DNA from: an uncultured Boseongicola sp.
Lineage (GTDB): Bacteria > Actinomycetota > Acidimicrobiia > Spongiisociales > ZC4RG35
Direction of reading: 5' to 3'
Assembly (NCBI GenBank): GCA_964194555.1
Contig: CAXMMT010000094.1
Location: 1,890-65,889 of the forward strand
DNA length: 64,000 nucleotides
Positions 17,686 through 28,106 of this stretch are shown here, piece by piece (position 1 is the stretch's first letter; the number at the start of each line of letters is the position of its first letter). The translations under genes were made by a program, and so were the position numbers. The notes under the pieces are model-generated. The model was not told where the DNA came from. It was given only the letters and a program-made list of their open reading frames with translations, and searched no databases.

Positions 17686-20658
17686 TCAAGCCACCGACGC
17701 CCGCGGCGCGGTGTATCGCGCTGGGATCCGAATGCGGAATGTCGACCCGATACCCACCGTGCTGACAACCTCGATGTCACCACCGAGCAATCGGGCGAGT
17801 TGGCGGGAAATAGTCAAACCCAAACCAGTCCCGACTTTCTTTCCCTCCGTCTTCTGTTGTTGGAACTCAGCGAAGACGCTCTCCAATGCATCGGATGGAA
17901 TACCGATGCCGGTGTCGGTGACTTCGAAAAGGACCTGATGATCCTGAGATGTGGTGATGATGCTCACACTTCCTTCGTCGGTGAACTTGACCGCGTTCGA
18001 GAGGACATTGATCAGGATCTGCCTGAGTCTGTCGCCGTCGGTAAACATGGCCAGTCCGACGGGCACGCTCGTGTTGAGCTCGACATCCTCACCTACCAGC
18101 GGTTCAAGGGTGCCAACACACTCGTCTACCAACTCTCCCACGTCGATCTCGGATGCGTTCACCTCCAGCCGTCCCGCCTCGATTCGCGAGAGATCGAGAA
18201 GATCATTGATCAAGGCGAGCAGGTTCTCTGAACTGTTGAGGATCTTGTCGAGGTTCTCGCTATCGCGATCATCGACGATGTCGACCGTGTGACGGCGAAC
18301 GAGTCTCGTGAAGCCAAGAATGGCGTTTAGCGGCGTTCTGAGTTCGTGACTCGCGTTGGCCAGAAACTGGCTCTTGATCTTCGTCGCGTGCATGGCTTGA
18401 TCCCTCGCCATCTCGACTGTCCTCACCAGCTCTGCGAGCTCGGCTTCGTGCTGCTTACGGTCTGTGATGTCCAGCTCAATCCCACCCACGGCCACGACCT
18501 TCCCAGTGTGGTCGTTGATCGGAAACTTGATCGCGGCGAAGATGTGATTTCGACCGTCGAGCGGCACGGTGTACTCACGCTCGACCGAGGTGTTGAGCCG
18601 TACCACTTCTTGGTCGTGCTCCTGGTTGATGATCGGATCGAGGTCGATTGAGCTGATCTGGGTGATTTCGCTGAGGGTCTTTCCGCGGACTTCTTCATTA
18701 CTCACGCCATAGGCCGCCTCGTATTGGCGATTGACAACTATGAATCTTCCTTCCAGGTCGCGGAGAAAAACCATCGCCGGCATGTTGTCCACCACCGTTT
18801 GGAGCCGCTGCTGTTCAGTGCGCCGCCGCTCGACGGCTCGGCCGAGTTGAGTGCCAACAGAGCCCAGAAGTGCGAGAAGTTCGGCTCCTGGCTCTTGGTC
18901 GTCTCCAGTGAACAGCTCTATCACCGCGGCAACCTCGATCCCGGCCATAACTGGAAAAGCGAGTCCGGTCTGCAGCCCGAGATCGCGAGCCATGGAGAAG
19001 CGGGGATCTTCGGAGTCTTGGACCAACAGATCCATCCATTCGGTTTGCCCGGTGGCCAGAACCCGACCGGGAAGCCCAACACCAGCACGCATCGGTGCTT
19101 CGGCACTCGCCCTTCTGAAAGCCGAGTAGCGCTCGGAATCCGGCAGCTCCCAAATTTCGGTTGAAACGAGCAAGTTGGCATCCTCTGAGTCGACGAGATA
19201 TACGTGACCGATCGGCCAGCCGATAGCGTCGCAGACCTCATGGAGTGAGAAAGCCATGGCTTCCTCACTCTCCTGAGCCTCGTTGGCGGCCGCGGCCGTT
19301 CGTTGCATCAGTCTCAGCTCGGACCGCTTTTGGTCGATGTCGGCGATCACCTGGTTGTACTGTTGTGCGATCTGACCTACTTCGGTGTTAGGTTCGACAC
19401 GCACAGGCTCGGAGTAGTCATCGGTGGCTCTCTGGGCACCCATCTCTGTGAGCAGGTCGAGGATCTCGGTACTTGCGCCATGTTCGGCGACGTTGAGCCC
19501 CATTCGCTCGCCATCGGGGTCGATTCGAATCGGAAACCGTCGGTTGATCAGCCACATCAGCACGAAGCCGATGCCGAAAGCCCAGACGAAGGCAGCACCG
19601 ACTCCTGTCAGTTGAATGACTAGTTGTCCGATTCTACTTCCTCCTCCCCAGGCCTCCGGACTGCCGAAGATTGCGACAGCGAGGGTCCCCCATATCCCCG
19701 CCCCCAGATGAACTGGGACTGCGCCTACTGCGTCATCGATCTCGAGACGGTTGAGCAAGACAGTCACCCCGTACATGACGACGCCCGCGATGGCTCCAAT
19801 GATCACGGCGTTCCCCGTCGTAACGATGTTGGCCGCCGCAGTGATGCCCACCAGCCCGGCCAAGGAGCCATTCATGAACGTGGGAACGTCAGGCCGTTCG
19901 TCCAACCACCAGGACAGCCCTAATGCTGTTAGTCCTCCAAAGGCGCCCGCCAGCACGGTGTTCACAATGATCGTCGGCACCTCCGCCGTGAGCCCGAGTG
20001 TGCTTCCACCGTTGAAGCCAAACCAACCAAACCAAAGGATAAAAACCCCGAGAGTCACCAGAGGGAGATCGTGACCGTGAATGACAACGGCATCCTTGCC
20101 GAATCGCCCAAGGCGGGGCCCCAGAATGAGCACCAAAGCTAGAGCCATCCAACCCCCCATCGAATGCACGACTGTCGACCCAGCGAAATCGATGAAGCCC
20201 AACTCCTCGAGCCACCCGGCTTCGCCCCCTGCGAGACTACCCCAGGCCCAATGCCCGAATATCGGATAGATAACAGCAGAGAGGACAAACGCCGCGATCA
20301 GATAGCCAGAAAACCTCATCCGTTCGGCAACGGCTCCTGACATGATCGTGGTCGACGTTCCGGCAAAACCCACCTGGAAGATGAAGAAGGCCATCAGCCA
20401 GGCAGAGCCGTCTGAAAAGAAGAACCCAGATGATCCGAAAATACCCATGACGGAGGCTCCGAACATCAGCGCAAATCCAAACAGCCAGAAGACTGCTGTG
20501 GTCAATAAGAAGTCAGCAAAATTCTTGCCAGCGACGTTGATGCTGTTCTTGCTTCGCACCATGCCGCTCTCTAGCGATGAGAACCCAGCCTGCATGAACA
20601 TAACTAGGCCTGCGGCAATCAAGATCCAAGCGATATCCAGCGCTTGGTCAGTTGGCAT
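17686..20658 (-). CDS. Ammonium transporter (Amt) fused to GAF-PAS-histidine kinase
   Basis: MQAGFSSLESG, SGAVAER, DFAGSTVVH, WFGWFGFNGGS, DDAVGAVPVH; GAF; PAS (DNMPAMVFLRDLEGR); SHELRTPLN, NAVKFT, DTGIGI, GTGLGL. Confidence 0.95.
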   Translation of the reverse strand: MPTDQALDIAWILIAAGLVMFMQAGFSSLESGMVRSKNSINVAGKNFADFLLTTAVFWLFGFALMFGASVMGIFGSSGFFFSDGSAWLMAFFIFQVGFAGTSTTIMSGAVAERMRFSGYLIAAFVLSAVIYPIFGHWAWGSLAGGEAGWLEELGFIDFAGSTVVHSMGGWMALALVLILGPRLGRFGKDAVVIHGHDLPLVTLGVFILWFGWFGFNGGSTLGLTAEVPTIIVNTVLAGAFGGLTALGLSWWLDERPDVPTFMNGSLAGLVGITAAANIVTTGNAVIIGAIAGVVMYGVTVLLNRLEIDDAVGAVPVHLGAGIWGTLAVAIFGSPEAWGGGSRIGQLVIQLTGVGAAFVWAFGIGFVLMWLINRRFPIRIDPDGERMGLNVAEHGASTEILDLLTEMGAQRATDDYSEPVRVEPNTEVGQIAQQYNQVIADIDQKRSELRLMQRTAAAANEAQESEEAMAFSLHEVCDAIGWPIGHVYLVDSEDANLLVSTEIWELPDSERYSAFRRASAEAPMRAGVGLPGRVLATGQTEWMDLLVQDSEDPRFSMARDLGLQTGLAFPVMAGIEVAAVIELFTGDDQEPGAELLALLGSVGTQLGRAVERRRTEQQRLQTVVDNMPAMVFLRDLEGRFIVVNRQYEAAYGVSNEEVRGKTLSEITQISSIDLDPIINQEHDQEVVRLNTSVEREYTVPLDGRNHIFAAIKFPINDHTGKVVAVGGIELDITDRKQHEAELAELVRTVEMARDQAMHATKIKSQFLANASHELRTPLNAILGFTRLVRRHTVDIVDDRDSENLDKILNSSENLLALINDLLDLSRIEAGRLEVNASEIDVGELVDECVGTLEPLVGEDVELNTSVPVGLAMFTDGDRLRQILINVLSNAVKFTDEGSVSIITTSQDHQVLFEVTDTGIGIPSDALESVFAEFQQQKTEGKKVGTGLGLTISRQLARLLGGDIEVVSTVGIGSTFRIRIPARYTAPRASVA

Positions 20659-20860
20659 CAGATAAGAACGCGAGTCGCATCGTCGTGCTTGGAGGGTAAT
20701 GAACTTCGTCGTTGCACGACGTGTCGACCATCACCTGACGACTCAAACAACACTCGAATCGAATCTCCAGACCGTCCCAAACAACAATCAGGCGACTGGT
20801 CATAGCGCTTGCCCTTTCGCTTGGCCAGGGTCTTACACTCCCACTCGAAGGAGGCTGAAA

Positions 20861-21142
20861 TTGATTCTGTCCATTACGCACGCACCGTTAGACGAGGCAA
20901 CCAATGCCAATTTGTTTGGAGCCTGGTCGGACGTAGTAGTAGGGGATCGACCTACAGGATTGGTCGATTGTTATCTCCTAGAGGGCGAGGAGGTCGTCCA
21001 GATTGCAGCAGTCTGGGAAAGCGCCGAGGATCACGATCGGGCAATGGGGGAAGAGGTCAATCATCCTGCGTTTGCGGTATTCGAGGCTTGCGGGCTAGAT
21101 CCAGCTCACACCGTCTTCAATGTGGTTGGCCGCCTCAGTTAA
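20861..21142 (+). CDS. Small hypothetical protein, possibly ABM/dimeric alpha-beta barrel fold
   Basis: TTG after AAGGAGG; 'AAVWESAEDHDRA' resembles the ABM-type WES motif. Confidence 0.6.
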   Translation: MILSITHAPLDEATNANLFGAWSDVVVGDRPTGLVDCYLLEGEEVVQIAAVWESAEDHDRAMGEEVNHPAFAVFEACGLDPAHTVFNVVGRLS

Positions 21143-21249
21143 TTGCTCGTCCGAGTCCGCATATCAATCAGACATATCTACGCGCAGTGAAATCCCTCCC
21201 TGGCGGTTATTTGCTTGGGTCGGGTGGGTCAACAAGTCGGTGAGGCTCC

Positions 21250-21924
21250 TCACCGAGGACCTTCGTTGAGGAAGGCGAGCGCCTCCTCGGCGGCTGCCTG
21301 CTCGGCAGCCTTCTTCGATCGCCCCTCACCCGACCCCAATCGAGTGCCATCAACGTAGACGGTTGCCTTGAAGTGACGGCTGTGGTCTGGACCGCTGCCT
21401 TCAACCTCATAGACCGGTTTTCTGTCGTCACGGGCGAGGTACTCCTGGAGTCGGGTCTTGAAGTCCCTTATTCCCGGACTTTTGGCCCGATCGGCAACCT
21501 GGTCGGACCAGAGTGACAGGATGATCTCACCGACAGCGTCGATTCCTGAGTCGAGATAGACCGCTCCAAGAATCGCTTCAACTCCGTCGGCGAGAATGGA
21601 GTCCTTTTCGCGGCCACCCGTTCGCTCCTCTCCGGGCGCAAGCTCGATGTACAACCCGAGGTCCAGCGATCTTGCAATCTCCGCGAGGGCTGGGCCGCTG
21701 ACAACTGCGGCTCGGACCTTTGCCATCTGTCCCTCTGCCAGATGGGGATACGACTCGTAGAGCAAATCCGTGATGACTAGTTGAAGAACGGCATCTCCGA
21801 GAAACTCGAGACGCTCGTTGTCGTTGCGAGACGGATCCTCTGAGCTGACCGACCGATGGGTAAGCGCGAGGCGAAGCATTTCAGGGTTCGCAAAGGAGTA
21901 ACGCAGCTTGTCCTCGAGAGTCAT
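21250..21924 (-). CDS. rnc: Ribonuclease III
   Basis: ALTHRS, NERLEFLGDAVL, dsRBD GEGRSKKAAEQAAA. Confidence 0.98.
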   Translation of the reverse strand: MTLEDKLRYSFANPEMLRLALTHRSVSSEDPSRNDNERLEFLGDAVLQLVITDLLYESYPHLAEGQMAKVRAAVVSGPALAEIARSLDLGLYIELAPGEERTGGREKDSILADGVEAILGAVYLDSGIDAVGEIILSLWSDQVADRAKSPGIRDFKTRLQEYLARDDRKPVYEVEGSGPDHSRHFKATVYVDGTRLGSGEGRSKKAAEQAAAEEALAFLNEGPR

Positions 21925-22889
21925 GCCAACTGTTCGGCCAGTCGTCCCGCCAGGTCGCTCTCAGCGCTGTCCTTGGCGAGGGTAAGCGCGTTGGAAATGG
22001 CCACCCGGCTCGAGCTCCCATGGGCCATCACGGCAACCGCTTTCACACCGAGAAGCTGTGCACCACCATAGGTTTCGTAGTCGAGGATCTCCCAGACTGC
22101 CTCCAGAGCGGGAAAGACTTGCTCCTGAACGTCCGGCGACAGCTTCGAAACAGCCTCCAGAAGGTATTGGCTGACGAGCTTCGCCGTCCCTTCCGTGGTC
22201 TTGAGAAAGACATTGCCGGTGAAGCCATCGGTGACGATGACGTCCGCTTTGTCTGTCGCAATGTCACGACCTTCGAGATTTCCCACAAAATTGGTCGGGC
22301 CACATTCAAGTAGGTCATAGGCCGCTCGCTCCAGGTCACGCCCCTTCCCCTTCTCCTCCCCGATGGAGAGAAGACCGACGCGGGGGTCCTTCACGTCGAA
22401 CAGCGCCTCGGCCGCCACCGAGCCCATGATTCCGAACTGGGCGAGTTGCTCAGGTTTGACGTCAGGATTGGCGCCGGAGTCCAACACGAGTGTTGGTGTT
22501 CCCGGGGTTGGAAATATCGTGGCGATTGCGGGACGTGCAACGCCTTTGATTCGTCCAAGGACTATCGCAGCCGCGGCCATCGCTGCTCCTGTTGAACCGG
22601 CGGAGACGAACCCATCCGCGGACCCTTCTGCGACAAGTCTTGCCACGACATTTATTGACGCCTCGGGCTTTTCTCTGAGCGCAGGGCCAGGCTCGTCTCC
22701 CATGCCGATGACGTCGGCCGCTTCAACAATCGGGAGACGGGTGTCGTGTTTGGACAGCTCGATCTCGAGAGCCTGGTGATCGCCCACCAGCACCACATCC
22801 ACGCCGTTGCGTGACGCCTCAACCGCACCGGCAACGGTCTCGAATGGGGCGTGGTCGCCCCCCATGGCGTCGAGGGCGATGCGGGCCAA
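21921..22889 (-). CDS. plsX: Phosphate acyltransferase PlsX
   Basis: IALDAMGGDHAP, SAGSTGA, LDSGAN, DGFTGNVFLK, HGSS; TTG after AGGAGA. Confidence 0.95.
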   Translation of the reverse strand: MARIALDAMGGDHAPFETVAGAVEASRNGVDVVLVGDHQALEIELSKHDTRLPIVEAADVIGMGDEPGPALREKPEASINVVARLVAEGSADGFVSAGSTGAAMAAAAIVLGRIKGVARPAIATIFPTPGTPTLVLDSGANPDVKPEQLAQFGIMGSVAAEALFDVKDPRVGLLSIGEEKGKGRDLERAAYDLLECGPTNFVGNLEGRDIATDKADVIVTDGFTGNVFLKTTEGTAKLVSQYLLEAVSKLSPDVQEQVFPALEAVWEILDYETYGGAQLLGVKAVAVMAHGSSSRVAISNALTLAKDSAESDLAGRLAEQLA

Positions 22890-22912
22890 TTCTCCTGATA
22901 CTCCCCTGGCTT

Positions 22913-23089
22913 TTAATCGGTGTCGAGTACTTCGCGGCCGGCGTATGTGCCGCACTCGCGACAGGCGCGGTGAGGAAGTTTTGGCTTACCACATTGCTCG
23001 CATGCCACACTGGCTGGAGCGGAGACTTTCCAGGCCGCCTTACGCTGACGGGTTCGTGAGCGCGACATCTTTTTCTTGGGCACCGCCAT
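22913..23089 (-). CDS. rpmF: 50S ribosomal protein L32
   Basis: MAVPKKKMSRSRTR, CEQCG...PHRACRECG. Confidence 0.97.
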   Translation of the reverse strand: MAVPKKKMSRSRTRQRKAAWKVSAPASVACEQCGKPKLPHRACRECGTYAGREVLDTD

Positions 23090-23109
23090 GTCGGGCACTC
23101 CTTGGTTTC

Positions 23110-23601
23110 TTAGGATTCGAATAGATCTTTCAGAACGGCGAAGGGAGAGCCAGAGTCCTCTCCGTGCCCGTCACAGGGGTCACTATTCAAGTCGGTTCCA
23201 CAGATTGGGCAAAGTCCCTTGCAGTCCTCTCGACAAAGTGGGGTCGCCGGAATGCTCAAGGCCAACTCATCGGTGGCGGCGCTCCCAACATCGATCTCCT
23301 TGTCGACGATGGCGTAGCCATCCTCATCTGGCGTCACCGAGAAGTGCTGCAAGCTCTCCGTCTCCAGTTGGCGTTCCCACTCCGTGAGACAACGAACACA
23401 CGTGAGCTGAGCCTCTGCAACCACCCGAAACCTTGCCTGGACGCCGTCGATCGTCCCGGCAACGACACCCGTGACAGCAATAGGGCCGTTGACCGTTGAA
23501 TCACCCAGCCGAAGGGAAACGTCCCGACTCCCGGCAAAGCTCCGTTCCCTCTCCAGGTGTCCGGCCAGGTCACCAATGCTGATAACCAAGTCGGCGCTCA
23601 T
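23110..23601 (-). CDS. yceD: DUF177/YceD family protein
   Basis: CVRCL, LCREDCKGLCPICG; directly upstream of rpmF. Confidence 0.93.
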   Translation of the reverse strand: MSADLVISIGDLAGHLERERSFAGSRDVSLRLGDSTVNGPIAVTGVVAGTIDGVQARFRVVAEAQLTCVRCLTEWERQLETESLQHFSVTPDEDGYAIVDKEIDVGSAATDELALSIPATPLCREDCKGLCPICGTDLNSDPCDGHGEDSGSPFAVLKDLFES

Positions 23602-23602
23602 G

Positions 23603-24142
23603 TCAGATCGGGACTTCGGGTGGACGGGGTCTGGCCTGGTGGAGCTCGCTTCGCGCGGCCTGGCACTGGGCCATTATGTCTTCGAGGAGTCCCTCGACGC
23701 GCTGCAACTTCTTCTCGATCTCGTCTTCGGTCTCCAGTCGGAGACGCCGGGCGTCACCTTCTGCCCGGCGGACGAGGATGTTGGCCTCCTCCACTGCCTC
23801 GGCGACGATACTCGAACCCGAGACCATCTCGTCTGCCTCGTTTCGGGCCTTCTCCATGATCTCGTGAGCTTTCTCATTCGTCCGAGAAATGAAGGCTTCA
23901 CGCTCGCGGACCATCCAGCGGGCCGCCCGCAGCTCGTCTGGAAGACTCTCCCGGAGCTTCTCGAGAAGCTCGAGATGGGCATCCCGGTCGACAAGGGCAT
24001 TGGACGACAACGGCATTGTCTTCGCCTCGTGGAGATGGACCATCAGATCATCAACGATGTCGAGAATGTCGGATGGCTCCGGGCGGCCGGAGACATCCAC
24101 TACGACCTCAGCGCCGATATCCATTTGTGTGTCCTGGGTCAT
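23603..24142 (-). CDS. Conserved coiled-coil protein between coaD and yceD
   Basis: AKTMPLSS...LPDELRAARW pattern, coiled coil, conserved position. Confidence 0.85.
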   Translation of the reverse strand: MTQDTQMDIGAEVVVDVSGRPEPSDILDIVDDLMVHLHEAKTMPLSSNALVDRDAHLELLEKLRESLPDELRAARWMVREREAFISRTNEKAHEIMEKARNEADEMVSGSSIVAEAVEEANILVRRAEGDARRLRLETEDEIEKKLQRVEGLLEDIMAQCQAARSELHQARPRPPEVPI

Positions 24143-24606
24143 GACAACCGCTCCTTCAGTGCGTTCTCCACCACGTCGGGGACCAGACCGCTCATCGATC
24201 CACCGAGCCTTGCGACTTCCTTGACCAGCGTCGAAGAAATAAAACCGTGCTCCGGGTGGGCAGGCATGAACACCGTCTCCATCCCAGTCAGATGTCTGTT
24301 CATCTGAGCCATCTGATTCTCATACTCATAATCGTCGACCGTCCGCAACCCTTTGACAACGACGTCAGCCCCGACCTCCCTCACATGGTCGACCAGCAAT
24401 CCGCCAAACACGGTGACTTCGACATCGTCGCCGTGGATCTCGGTGATCATTCCTACACGCTCTTCCACGCGGAATAGAGAGCTCTTTCCTGGGTTGTCGA
24501 TCACCGAGACAACAACGCGGTCGAACGCGGAAACGACACGATTGATCACATCGACATGCCCGTTCGTCGGGGGGTCGAAGCTGCCGGGACACAATGCGGT
24601 TGTCAT
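24139..24606 (-). CDS. coaD: Pantetheine-phosphate adenylyltransferase
   Basis: PGSFDPPTNGH, KGLR, ISSTLVKEVA. Confidence 0.97.
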   Translation of the reverse strand: MTTALCPGSFDPPTNGHVDVINRVVSAFDRVVVSVIDNPGKSSLFRVEERVGMITEIHGDDVEVTVFGGLLVDHVREVGADVVVKGLRTVDDYEYENQMAQMNRHLTGMETVFMPAHPEHGFISSTLVKEVARLGGSMSGLVPDVVENALKERLS

Positions 24607-25151
24607 TCTGCGCTTTCTACCTTCTCGTACCTGAGGATTCTGGTATCTCCGTATCGCCTATCCGTGGCAACCCGCCATGTTTTGGGGACATCGGGAATCC
24701 TGTCGGTGTGGCGGCGGGACACGACAACCTCGGCACTCGGCAACAAGAGCCGGTCTAGGGTCGTCAGATCCCTCTCCATGATACCTGTGTCCTGGTCCCA
24801 GGGCGGGTCCAGGAAAACAAGGTCGAATCGGTCATCGCACCTGTTCAGGAAGCTCTCAACGGTGGCTTCGATCACTTTTCCGCCCAGAGCGACAATTGCG
24901 ATGTTCGATCTCAGCGTGATCAAGGCCTTGCGCCCGTTCTCGACGAAGACCACCGACCCTGCACCTCTCGACAACGCCTCCAACCCAAAGGATCCTGACC
25001 CGGCGTAGAGGTCGGCCACGACGGCTTCGTCGACCCAACTCCCGATCGCGGAGAAGACAGCCTCTCTCGCCCGGTCGGTGACAGGGCGTGTTCGGCTCGT
25101 GTCCGGCGCCTTGATCCGCCTCCCTCGTGCCGTACCGGCGATGATTCTCAT
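24603..25151 (-). CDS. rsmD: 16S rRNA m2G966 methyltransferase
   Basis: MRIIAG, TRPVTDRAREAVF, DLYAGSGSFGLEALSRGA, DPPW. Confidence 0.95.
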   Translation of the reverse strand: MRIIAGTARGRRIKAPDTSRTRPVTDRAREAVFSAIGSWVDEAVVADLYAGSGSFGLEALSRGAGSVVFVENGRKALITLRSNIAIVALGGKVIEATVESFLNRCDDRFDLVFLDPPWDQDTGIMERDLTTLDRLLLPSAEVVVSRRHTDRIPDVPKTWRVATDRRYGDTRILRYEKVESAE

Positions 25152-25161
25152 GAGTTCACCA

Positions 25162-25326
25162 CAAGTGTCCTGTCCGGTTGTTCCGTTGATGAAATCGGCG
25201 AGGGTTGGGCGTTGGTCGCAAGACCGAGGACGCAGGCATAGCCGAAGCTACGTCGAGGACGAGAACGCAGCGAGCGGCGTTCAGACCCGGCGAGTTCGCG
25301 ACATGATCAGCCGGACAGGACACTAG
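25162..25326. mobile_element. Palindromic MITE/REP-like element, divergent copy 2
   Basis: Arms AGTGTCCTGTCCGGTTG / CAGCCGGACAGGACACT, CAAG...CTAG ends, and the same core GGACGCAGG...GTCGAGGACGAG as the other copies. Confidence 0.75.
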
Positions 25327-27488
25327 CTGACGAATAGCCAATCGACGGAGTCTCCGAGCATTCCCCTGACCTCTTCGACCAGATCGGGGTGTTTTGCCAG
25401 ATGCGGATCGGAGTCAACAAGACCGAAAGCATCCCTTCTCGCAGCTACCAGCAACTCGAAGTCCGCGAGGATGTCGGCGAGTTTCAGGTCTTTGACTCCC
25501 GATTGACGCGTGCCGAAGACAGTGCCCTGCCCTCGAATAGCCAGATCCTCTTCGGCCAGCCGAAAACCGTCGTTGGTGGCCACCATCGCGGCAAGACGCC
25601 CCTCCCCCTCCTCGGTGGTTGCGTGGGCGATCAGCAGACAGGTACCGGCGTGCTCCCCACGCCCGACTCTGCCTCTGAGTTGATGGAGTTGGCTCAGACC
25701 GAAGCGGTCGGCATCTTCGATGACCATCACCGTGGCGTTGGGGATGTCGATGCCCACTTCGATCACAGTGGTGGAGACCAGGACATCGAGATCGCCATCC
25801 CTGAACTCGCCCATGACCGACTCCTTCTCGGCAGACCGCAGTTGACCGTGGATGAGACCGACTCGAAGGTCCGGCAGCAGATGGGAGAGTCGCCCGTGCT
25901 CGGCAACGGCGGACGCCGCCTCCACCTTCGGGCTGTCCTCGACCAATGGGCACACGACAAATGCCTGACGTCCCTGGGCAACCTCTTCGTCGATGAGACT
26001 CCACGCAGTGCCTTCCTCCGTCTTCGAGAGGAGAGTGGTGGCTACAGGCTTGCGTCCCGGGGGCATCTCGTCGATGACCGACACATCGAGATCCCCATAA
26101 AGAGTCATCGAAAGAGTCCGCGGGATCGGCGTGGCGGTCATTATCAGAATGTCGGGATCCACCAGATCGGCCTTCTCCTTGAGTTGGACACGTTGCGCAA
26201 CGCCAAACCGGTGCTGTTCGTCAACCACGACAACACCGAGATTCCGAAACTGGACGCCCTCCTGTATGAGGGCGTGGGTCCCGACCACCAGATCTACCTG
26301 ACCCGTTGCGATGTCCTCGAGAAGCTCGGCCTTCGTTATGCCGGGTCGGTAGTTGGCAGTGGCGACGGATCCGGTGAGAAGGCCGAGTTGGACCATGAGT
26401 TCCCCACTGTCGAACAAGCTTTCCATGCCCATCCGGGCTCCGGCGCCTTGAAGACCGGGCGACAAGCCGGCATCGGCGAGAAGCTCGCGGACTCCCATAA
26501 AGTGCTGACCGGCCAAAACTTCCGTTGGTGCCATGATCGCTCCCTGCCAACCACCTTCGATGCCGTGAAGCAACGTAGACACCGCAACCACCGTCTTGCC
26601 CGACCCAACCTCGCCTTGAAGCAGTCGGTGCATCGGGTGAGCCAATTTCAGATCGCTCTCGATCTCGCTCAGAACCCTGATCTGGGCCGATGTGAGGCTG
26701 TAGGGCAGACCGCCGAGAAAGCGCTGGACGAGATCACCCGACACCTCGTGGGCGACACCGGTTGCCTCCAATATCTGCTTGCGCTTCTGGACGGCGAGAG
26801 CCAGCTCGAGTCGAAACAACTCGTCGTACACGAGTCGTTCGCGCGCCGGGCCCACCTCCTCGATGGTCTCCGGGAAGTGGATCGTCCCAAATGCGCGGTC
26901 CCGATCTATCAATCCGTGCGCCTTGATGAACCCCGGAGGAATGACATCGGTGATGGGTCGTGAGCGAAGCAGCGCATTATGGATTGCACGACGCATGATC
27001 CCTGGGCTCACCTCCCCCACCGACCCGTGAATCGGCACAACCCGGCCTGTGATCAGACTCTCCGAAGGCGAGTCGAGAACGTCGACCGCCGGACTCTTCA
27101 TCTGCAATGCGCCACGAAACGACTCGACGACGCCGGAAAGGGCCACCTGTGCCCCCTCCGTCAGCTGACGCTTCCGAAAGGTCTGGTTGAACCAGACCGC
27201 CTTGATAGTGGCGCTCTCGTCGGCGATTCGGGCTTCGATGATCGCCAGATTGCGTCGGGGGCGGCGCATGGACACCGATTGCACCTCCCCGATCACGGTT
27301 ACCTCAGAACCGATTGGAATCGAGGCGATCGGCGACTTCATGGAGCGATCGATGTAGCGGCGGGGCACATGGTGAAGCAGATCGGCCACACTGTCAATGC
27401 CTGCCTTCGCCAGGGCCTGGGACCGCTTGCCGGCCAGACCCTTCACCTCGGCGGTGCCTACCTCGGAGAGACGACTCAGAGATGCCAT
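25323..27488 (-). CDS. recG: ATP-dependent DNA helicase RecG
   Basis: [40 protein letters not shown]; TACCGT-N6-ATG. Confidence 0.97.
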   Translation of the reverse strand: MASLSRLSEVGTAEVKGLAGKRSQALAKAGIDSVADLLHHVPRRYIDRSMKSPIASIPIGSEVTVIGEVQSVSMRRPRRNLAIIEARIADESATIKAVWFNQTFRKRQLTEGAQVALSGVVESFRGALQMKSPAVDVLDSPSESLITGRVVPIHGSVGEVSPGIMRRAIHNALLRSRPITDVIPPGFIKAHGLIDRDRAFGTIHFPETIEEVGPARERLVYDELFRLELALAVQKRKQILEATGVAHEVSGDLVQRFLGGLPYSLTSAQIRVLSEIESDLKLAHPMHRLLQGEVGSGKTVVAVSTLLHGIEGGWQGAIMAPTEVLAGQHFMGVRELLADAGLSPGLQGAGARMGMESLFDSGELMVQLGLLTGSVATANYRPGITKAELLEDIATGQVDLVVGTHALIQEGVQFRNLGVVVVDEQHRFGVAQRVQLKEKADLVDPDILIMTATPIPRTLSMTLYGDLDVSVIDEMPPGRKPVATTLLSKTEEGTAWSLIDEEVAQGRQAFVVCPLVEDSPKVEAASAVAEHGRLSHLLPDLRVGLIHGQLRSAEKESVMGEFRDGDLDVLVSTTVIEVGIDIPNATVMVIEDADRFGLSQLHQLRGRVGRGEHAGTCLLIAHATTEEGEGRLAAMVATNDGFRLAEEDLAIRGQGTVFGTRQSGVKDLKLADILADFELLVAARRDAFGLVDSDPHLAKHPDLVEEVRGMLGDSVDWLFVS

Positions 27489-27605
27489 GCGCGCACGGTA
27501 ACGGTCGAGTGGGACTTGATAGGGAAGGTCGCTATGATTCGGGCTCGGTCGAACCGGATTGACCATCCGTCTGGTTTTCTCTCTATTTTCACGGAGCACT
27601 CAGTC

Positions 27606-27794
27606 ATGTCTTATCGGTGTGAGATCTGCGGCAAGGAGCCGAGCTACGGCAAGTCCGTGAGCTTCTCCCATAAACGCAACAACCGCCGTTGGCTGCCCAA
27701 CATCCAGAAGATCCGCGTCAAGCATGGTTCCAACACCCGCAAGGCCCGTGTCTGCACTTCGTGCATCCGGGCTGGCAAAGTAGTCAAGGCCTGA
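27606..27794 (+). CDS. rpmB: 50S ribosomal protein L28
   Basis: [26 protein letters not shown]. Confidence 0.97.
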   Translation: MSYRCEICGKEPSYGKSVSFSHKRNNRRWLPNIQKIRVKHGSNTRKARVCTSCIRAGKVVKA

Positions 27795-27798
27795 AACG

Positions 27799-28014
27799 AT
27801 GGATCAGGGCGTCGTCAAGACCTACGACCCCGTGACCGGCGCCGGAATCGTGGTTCGCGACGCTGACCGCTCAGAGGTATATCTTCGACCCGGCTCCCTC
27901 GATGGGTCAGTCTTCCGAATGCTCCGTCAGGGACAGAGGGTTCTGTTCGAATCCGTCGAAGACGACGGTCGCACCTTCGTCTCCTCGCTCCGACTGGGAC
28001 AAGACGGCTACTAA
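27799..28014 (+). CDS. Degenerate cold-shock-domain protein
   Basis: QGVVKTYD...G.G...FRMLRQGQRVLF pattern; RNP1/RNP2 aromatics missing. Confidence 0.75.
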   Translation: MDQGVVKTYDPVTGAGIVVRDADRSEVYLRPGSLDGSVFRMLRQGQRVLFESVEDDGRTFVSSLRLGQDGY

Positions 28015-28048
28015 ACGCACCCTCCCGCGTATCCAGTGAGCGAAGCTC

Positions 28049-28090
28049 GGCCCCCGGTCGATTGCTCTTCTCAGAGATTGACTGGGGGCC
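28049..28090. terminator. Hairpin between convergent genes
   Basis: GGCCCCCGGTCGAT...ATTGACTGGGGGCC inverted repeat. Confidence 0.6.
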
Positions 28091-28106
28091 CGCGACTTGT
28101 CTCGAG

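Noticed and set aside
25389-26963. 524-aa plus-strand ORF
   Set aside because: Antisense shadow of recG, expected in high-GC DNA
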